Assembly: GCA_003567775.1 (NCBI GenBank)
Contig: PWYR01000014.1
Location: 2,136 to 66,135, forward strand
DNA: 64,000 nt
Direction of reading: 5' to 3'
Source of the DNA: Ignavibacteriales bacterium
Lineage (GTDB): Bacteria; Bacteroidota; Ignavibacteria; T3Sed10-11
Under the pieces are notes generated by a model, which did not search any database, was not told where the DNA came from, and was given only the letters and a program-made list of their open reading frames with translations. The position numbers and the translations under genes are program-made. Positions 59,230 through 64,000 of the stretch are shown piece after piece. How positions within the stretch are numbered: position 1 is the first letter of the stretch; every line of letters begins with the position of its first letter.

Positions 59230-60286
59230 AAAATCGAAAAAACCTCCCCGGCTTTCAATCGATGATCTGTACAGCGCCGTAAGACAAAAAACGATTGCGC
59301 CCTGTTATTTGTTTGCCGGACCCGAACAATTTACGGCGGACGAAGCAGTGACGCTATTATGCAATGCAGCAATCCCCGTCGAGCAGCGAAGTTTTAATTT
59401 TGATATTTTATATGCGTATGAAATAGATGTGAACGAAATAATTGCTCTCGCTTCGTCATATCCGATGATGGGGGAAAAACGAATGGTTGTTGTGAAGGAG
59501 TTTGAGAAATTAAACAAATCGGACATACTGACAGAATATATTAAAAATCCGCTTGAGTCGACCATTCTTATCCTGATCAGTGAATCGCCCGATTTCCGAA
59601 AAAACCCGTATCGCGCATTCGATGATAAGGCAATTCTCGATTGTAAACCCGTGTACGATAATCAAGCCCCGCAGTGGATAATGAAACGGGTTAAACGCTA
59701 TAAGAAAAACATAACACCGGAAGCAGCGGCTATGCTCGCCGCATATACCGGGACAGCTCTGCGACAAATTTCGAATGAACTTGACAAGCTCGATATTTTT
59801 ACGGCGGATCGGAAAGAAATTGTCATTGATGATGTCAACGCAGTGGTCGGAGTTACAAAAGCATTTAACATTTTTGAACTTTATAAAGCGGTTGGCTTTA
59901 AAGATGCATCGAATGCGATCAATATTTTGGACAGAATGCTTGAACGCGGGGAAAGCCCGGTGATGATCATCACTATGCTTACACGTTTTTTTAAGCAGAT
60001 AGCCATGCTTGGTGATCTTCAGGCGAAAAATGTTCCGAGGCAAAAAATCGCAAGTGAATTGAAAATTAACCCATTTTTCGTCGACGAATATTTCGGTTAT
60101 CTAAAGCATCATCCGTCAGAATCGATCCCCGGCAGGTTTAGATCTCTTTTAAGCGCAGATACTTCTTTAAAAACAACCGGTAAAGATCCGCGCCTTATCC
60201 TTTCGATACTTTTATTCAGCTTGATGGATAAGGACTCCGGTTATTATGAGACAATCAACGAATTAGAAAGTCAGTTTAGTGAGTGA
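59219..60286 (+). CDS. holA: DNA polymerase III subunit delta
   Basis: ATG 59219 with AAGGA SD. YLFAGPEQFTADEA...FDILYAYEIDVNEIIALASSYPMMGEKRMVVV matches the HolA N-terminal pattern. About 355 aa. Confidence 0.75.
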   Translation: MKSRKSKKPPRLSIDDLYSAVRQKTIAPCYLFAGPEQFTADEAVTLLCNAAIPVEQRSFNFDILYAYEIDVNEIIALASSYPMMGEKRMVVVKEFEKLNKSDILTEYIKNPLESTILILISESPDFRKNPYRAFDDKAILDCKPVYDNQAPQWIMKRVKRYKKNITPEAAAMLAAYTGTALRQISNELDKLDIFTADRKEIVIDDVNAVVGVTKAFNIFELYKAVGFKDASNAINILDRMLERGESPVMIITMLTRFFKQIAMLGDLQAKNVPRQKIASELKINPFFVDEYFGYLKHHPSESIPGRFRSLLSADTSLKTTGKDPRLILSILLFSLMDKDSGYYETINELESQFSE

Positions 60287-61835
60287 GCTTCGATCATTTT
60301 TCGATTTTGCCGGAATAGCGGCTGCCGAATGGCGGCTGTTTTTCGCTATGTTAATCGGATTATTTACACTTGTAGGAATTGCTGAAACACTCCGGAAAAC
60401 AACCTCGCTCACGGGCAGCACTACCCGTAAAATTGTCCATATTCTCGTCGGTGTATTCGTATTTTTCGTTCCGATTCTTTTTATCTCACCGGTTCCTGGT
60501 CTCTTGATGTCGGTGCTGTTTATAGGTGTAAATTATATTTCGCTGCGTTTTCGTTTGTTTAAAGGGATGGACGATATAACCCGCGAGACATACGGCACTG
60601 TGTATTTTCCGCTTGCTTTCTTTATACTAATACTTTTTTTCTGGAATTCCTATCCGGTCATTATTGCAACTTCGATTCTCATTCTCGGTTTGGCTGATGC
60701 TGCGGCATCATTCGTGGGAGAGAGAGTAAAAAATCCGCGGCTTTTTAAATTTACCGGAGATAAAAAATCGTTGCAGGGTAGCAGTGCAATGTTCATTGTT
60801 ACTTTTTTTGTCTCCGCGGGATGTCTTTTATGGTATCCTTTCTCACTGCCGGATGAAGCGCTGCTTGCCGGCTCGTCGGTTGCCTTTATTTTTGCGTTAT
60901 CGTTTGTAGTTGCATCGGTAGCAACCGTTGTCGAAGCTATCTCGGTACGGGGATTTGATAATCTTTTTATTCCTCTTAGTGCGTCAATCATATTATATGT
61001 CGGATTGGAAGGAGCAGGTACGATTGAAATGCAATTGTTTGTCGGGTTTGTTTTTGCCGTATTAATTAGTAATGCTTCGTTGCGAGCTGGATTTCTTTCA
61101 CCAAACGGAGCTGCGGCAATGTTTTTGATGGCTGTTATTATATTCGGCATCGGTGGATGGAAGTGGACTATCCCGATGCTTACGTTTTTCATCCTCTCGA
61201 GCTTAATATCGAGAATGAAAAATAAACGGAAGGAGGCGGTAGATCTTATTTTTGAGAAATCCCACCGCCGCGATATGTGGCAGGTTACCGCAAACGGGGG
61301 ACTTGCTTCGGTTTTTGTTTTATTGGAATTTATCATGCCAAATCCTGTGTGGTATTTTGCATATCTCGGTGCTATTGCGGCTGCAACTGCCGATACGTGG
61401 GGTACAGAATTCGGAGTATCATTCAGCTCGGGAGCGCGTAGTATTATCACCTTCCGGAGAGTGCCGCTCGGAACATCGGGCGGTGTGTCAATTACCGGGA
61501 CTGTGGCAGGACTGGCGGGCGGCGCGGTTATTGCATTAAGCGGGTATCCGTGGTATCATCAGTCAATGGAACTAATCACATCATCATTTTTTCTCGTCGG
61601 TTTAATTGCCGGTTCGGGTGTTGCGGGAAGTTTATTCGATAGTTATCTCGGCGCTCTGTTTCAGGCAATTTACAAATGTCCTGTTTGTGCAAATATGACG
61701 GAGCGAAAACATCACTGCGGATCGCCCACAATAAGAGTTCAAGGATATACGTGGATTACAAACGACTATGTTAATTTTGCCTGTACATCAATGGGATCGT
61801 TTGTTGCTATTCTGTTATATTTTATGCATATCTGA
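60279..61835 (+). CDS. fused membrane protein: N-terminal CTP-dependent polyprenol (phytol/dolichol)-kinase-like domain (COG0170, VTE5/SEC59-like) + C-terminal DUF92/TMEM19 (COG1836, VTE6-like) domain
   Basis: N-terminal half has TRKIVHILVG and LGLADAAASFVGERVKNPRLFKFTGDKKSLQGSSAMF (the GD..A...G...K..EGS pattern of CdsA-like polyprenol kinases). C-terminal half has GAIAAATADTWGTEFG...PLGTSGGVSITGTVAGLAGGAVIA, typical of DUF92. Ends with a C-x2-C...H-C cluster. Confidence 0.55.
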   Translation: MSELRSFFDFAGIAAAEWRLFFAMLIGLFTLVGIAETLRKTTSLTGSTTRKIVHILVGVFVFFVPILFISPVPGLLMSVLFIGVNYISLRFRLFKGMDDITRETYGTVYFPLAFFILILFFWNSYPVIIATSILILGLADAAASFVGERVKNPRLFKFTGDKKSLQGSSAMFIVTFFVSAGCLLWYPFSLPDEALLAGSSVAFIFALSFVVASVATVVEAISVRGFDNLFIPLSASIILYVGLEGAGTIEMQLFVGFVFAVLISNASLRAGFLSPNGAAAMFLMAVIIFGIGGWKWTIPMLTFFILSSLISRMKNKRKEAVDLIFEKSHRRDMWQVTANGGLASVFVLLEFIMPNPVWYFAYLGAIAAATADTWGTEFGVSFSSGARSIITFRRVPLGTSGGVSITGTVAGLAGGAVIALSGYPWYHQSMELITSSFFLVGLIAGSGVAGSLFDSYLGALFQAIYKCPVCANMTERKHHCGSPTIRVQGYTWITNDYVNFACTSMGSFVAILLYFMHI

Positions 61836-61895
61836 TTTGGTATTAATAAAATATTTATCTTTAATTACCATTACTATCATCGGAGGAGCAACGCT

Positions 61896-62564
61896 ATGGA
61901 ACAGTTCAACGGTATATTTGAGTCATTGAATCAATTCTGGATCGATGTGGGGGCATTTCTTCCAAACATACTTGTTGCCTTTGTACTGCTGATCGTCGGT
62001 TGGATAATCGCGAAAGTAGTACGGAGTATTACCATCCGTGGACTCCGGTTTCTTCGTGTGGATGTGTTTGCGGAACGGTCGGGTATTGAGGGTTTTCTAC
62101 TAAAGGGGGGAGTTCGGTTTACAGCCGTTACTCTGATAGCAGCATTAATATACTGGACAATACTGTTTATTGTGTTTCTCGCGGTTCTAAATACACTCGG
62201 TCTTGATGTAGCAGCAGAATTATTTAATCGAATTATACTATATATTCCAAACGTAATCGTAGCGATTGCGCTGCTCATTTTCGGAACACTATTTGCCCAG
62301 TTCGTTCAAAGTGCATTGTTTACTTATTTGAACAATATCGGAGTCGGCGGGGCGCGTCTCGTAAGCGGCATTGCAAAGTACGCAATTATCGTGTTCGTTA
62401 TCTCTATTGTACTTGAACAGCTTGCCATCGGCGGCGAAATACTCGTGTCCGCATTTCAGATTGCATTCGGCGCTTTCTGTCTGGCTCTTGCACTTGCTTT
62501 TGGGCTGGGCGGCAGGGATTGGGCAGCGCGCGTCATCGACAATGCGGCAAAGAAAGCAAAATAA
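61896..62564 (+). CDS. membrane protein with repeated 'conserved TM helix' motifs (MscS-N-terminal-like), hypothetical
   Basis: Three repeats of the pattern (A/Y)(F/I)(L/P)PN(I/V)(L/I)VA..LL(I/F)(V/F)G..(I/F)A(K/Q) (AFLPNILVAFVLLIVGWIIAK; LYIPNVIVAIALLIFGTLFAQ), recalled as Pfam TM_helix-like. Confidence 0.45.
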   Translation: MEQFNGIFESLNQFWIDVGAFLPNILVAFVLLIVGWIIAKVVRSITIRGLRFLRVDVFAERSGIEGFLLKGGVRFTAVTLIAALIYWTILFIVFLAVLNTLGLDVAAELFNRIILYIPNVIVAIALLIFGTLFAQFVQSALFTYLNNIGVGGARLVSGIAKYAIIVFVISIVLEQLAIGGEILVSAFQIAFGAFCLALALAFGLGGRDWAARVIDNAAKKAK

Positions 62565-62576
62565 TAGGAGAGAGAG

Positions 62577-63425
62577 ATGATTCTGGATTGCCACGTTCAT
62601 ATCAACAATTATTCGGATGAAACAAAAGATGCAACGGAGAAAACATTCGAAGAGTTGCAAGACACAATGCGAAGGAATAGAATCGATGCTGCGATGATTC
62701 TGACGTCGTACAAGGTTAATCCGGGGCGTCCGTCAACGAAGCAGGCAGTACGATTAACCGAAGAAATGAAGCATATATATGTAGTAGCCGGAATCAGCTA
62801 TCTTGATTTTCATTTGAGCTATCTTGTTGAGTTGAGGGATTATTTAAAAGACGGAACGGTCAGGGGCTTAAAATTATATCCGGGATACGAACCATTCTAT
62901 CCGAATGATGATATTCTTCACCCGGTGTACGAGCTTGCCGAGGAATTTGATGTCCCGGTAATGATACATACAGGCGACACGTATTCCCCGACCGGAAAAA
63001 TAAAATATTCACACCCGATTCACGTCGATGATGTTGCAGTTGATTTTCCGAATGTAAAATTTATAATTTGCCATCTCGGAAATCCGTGGACTCGCGATAC
63101 AATGGAAGTCGTATATAAAAACGAAAATGTGTATACAGACGTATCGGGACTTGTACTCGGAAATTTTACCGACCGGTTTGAGGTTTTTATGCGTAAGCAA
63201 TTGCAGGAAATGATACTGTACGGCGTTAATCCGAATCACGTTTTATACGGCACCGATTGGCCTATCTGTACGATGGAAACGTATCTCAGATTTATAAATG
63301 AGCTTAAACTCCCGCAGGAGGACAAGAAAAAAATATTTTGGGAAAACGGAGCGAAGTTGTTTAAACTTTCTCCCTCAAATTCCCAATTGAATAGAGGATC
63401 GATGTGGGATTTTCTTAAAACCTGA
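62577..63425 (+). CDS. amidohydrolase-2 family metal-dependent TIM-barrel hydrolase
   Basis: MILDCHVHIN start (HxH metal site), internal His (VMIHTGD, IICHLGNPW) and a conserved Asp near the C-terminus (YGTDWP). Confidence 0.6.
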   Translation: MILDCHVHINNYSDETKDATEKTFEELQDTMRRNRIDAAMILTSYKVNPGRPSTKQAVRLTEEMKHIYVVAGISYLDFHLSYLVELRDYLKDGTVRGLKLYPGYEPFYPNDDILHPVYELAEEFDVPVMIHTGDTYSPTGKIKYSHPIHVDDVAVDFPNVKFIICHLGNPWTRDTMEVVYKNENVYTDVSGLVLGNFTDRFEVFMRKQLQEMILYGVNPNHVLYGTDWPICTMETYLRFINELKLPQEDKKKIFWENGAKLFKLSPSNSQLNRGSMWDFLKT

Positions 63426-63441
63426 ATTCAAAGGATATACT

Positions 63442-64000
63442 ATGACACGATTAAAAAATGCAATAGCCCTCATTACCGGTGCGAGCAGCGGTATCGGTGA
63501 AGCATGCGCACGGAAATTTGCCGAAGCCGGCGCACGGCTCATCCTGACCGCACGAAGAAAAGAACGCCTTATTGAATTGGCTAATAATATCCGGAATGAT
63601 CATAATACTGATGTACATATTATCACCCTCGATGTTCGTGATCAAAAGGCAGTGGAAACAAGTATTTCTGCATTGCCTGATGCCTGGAAGGCGGTAGACA
63701 TACTTGTAAACAACGCAGGATTAAGCCGTGGTTTGGATAAGATTCATGAGGGAAAATTACAGGATTGGGAGGAGATGATCGATACGAATGTCAAAGGGTT
63801 GCTTTATATTAGCAGGGCTGTCATTCCTGGAATGGTTGAGCGAGGAAGAGGGACAGTCATTAACATCGGCTCCATAGCCGGACGGGAAGTGTATCCAATG
63901 GGTAATGTGTATTGCGCCTCAAAATTTGCCGTTGATGCGCTGACTAAAGGTATGCGCCTCGATCTCGTCGATACACCGGTTCGGGTCTGCACGGTCGATC
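63442..64000 (+). CDS. SDR family NAD(P)-dependent oxidoreductase (YdfG-like), 3' end off-window
   Basis: ALITGASSGIGEA (TGxxxGIG), NNAG, and the catalytic YCASKFAV (YxxxK) motif. ORF is still open at 64000. Confidence 0.8.
   Translation, partial: MTRLKNAIALITGASSGIGEACARKFAEAGARLILTARRKERLIELANNIRNDHNTDVHIITLDVRDQKAVETSISALPDAWKAVDILVNNAGLSRGLDKIHEGKLQDWEEMIDTNVKGLLYISRAVIPGMVERGRGTVINIGSIAGREVYPMGNVYCASKFAVDALTKGMRLDLVDTPVRVCTVD

Overview
The window is a 64-kb chromosomal stretch, mostly housekeeping genes. Gene content and architecture (T9SS C-terminal sorting domain, BamD/LolA/TonB, HMA-AraC copper regulator, split nuo operon) suggest an FCB-group bacterium, plausibly Ignavibacteria or Bacteroidota-like; this taxonomic guess is low-confidence. 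Coding density is high, mostly on the plus strand. I found no CRISPR arrays, IS elements or transposases.

Main content, in order:
- The truncated 3' end of a type IIG/ISP-like restriction-modification gene, a GIY-YIG nuclease gene and an initiator-type tRNA-Met.
- Lipid, amidase and folate genes (App1-like phosphatase, isochorismatase-family hydrolase, marC, folB/folK, deoxynucleoside kinase).
- asnS, a NatAB-like ABC transporter, a partial NADH dehydrogenase operon (nuoJKLMN) followed by nnr and a vanZ-like gene, then tonB, a CorC/HlyC transporter and capA.
- A 1.46-kaa multi-PAS/GAF histidine kinase with two downstream response regulators.
- Envelope and proteostasis genes (htpX, bamD, a thioesterase).
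- A secreted FG-GAP protein plus a T9SS-sorted HExxH protease, immediately followed by a complete System I cytochrome c maturation cluster ccmABC(D)EF.
- A small AT-rich islet with a GNAT remnant and a DNPH1-like deoxynucleotide N-hydrolase.
- yihY, a copper locus (HMA-AraC regulator plus CopA), SRP RNA, rng, gcvT, comB, ftsK-lolA, uppP, a cyclophilin, an NSS transporter with a putative 39-aa partner, and holA.
- A fused polyprenol-kinase/DUF92 membrane protein, an amidohydrolase and a partial SDR.

I do not see a clear-cut, self-contained novel defense or biosynthetic system. The most noteworthy items are:
- The CcmE carries the variant CxxxY heme-binding motif in a ccm cluster that lacks ccmG/H.
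- A VTE5-like and VTE6-like (DUF92) kinase pair is fused into a single gene.
- A eukaryote-like DNPH1 homolog sits in an AT-rich islet.
- A restriction-modification/GIY-YIG segment abuts the 3' end of tRNA-fMet, suggesting the edge of an integrated island.
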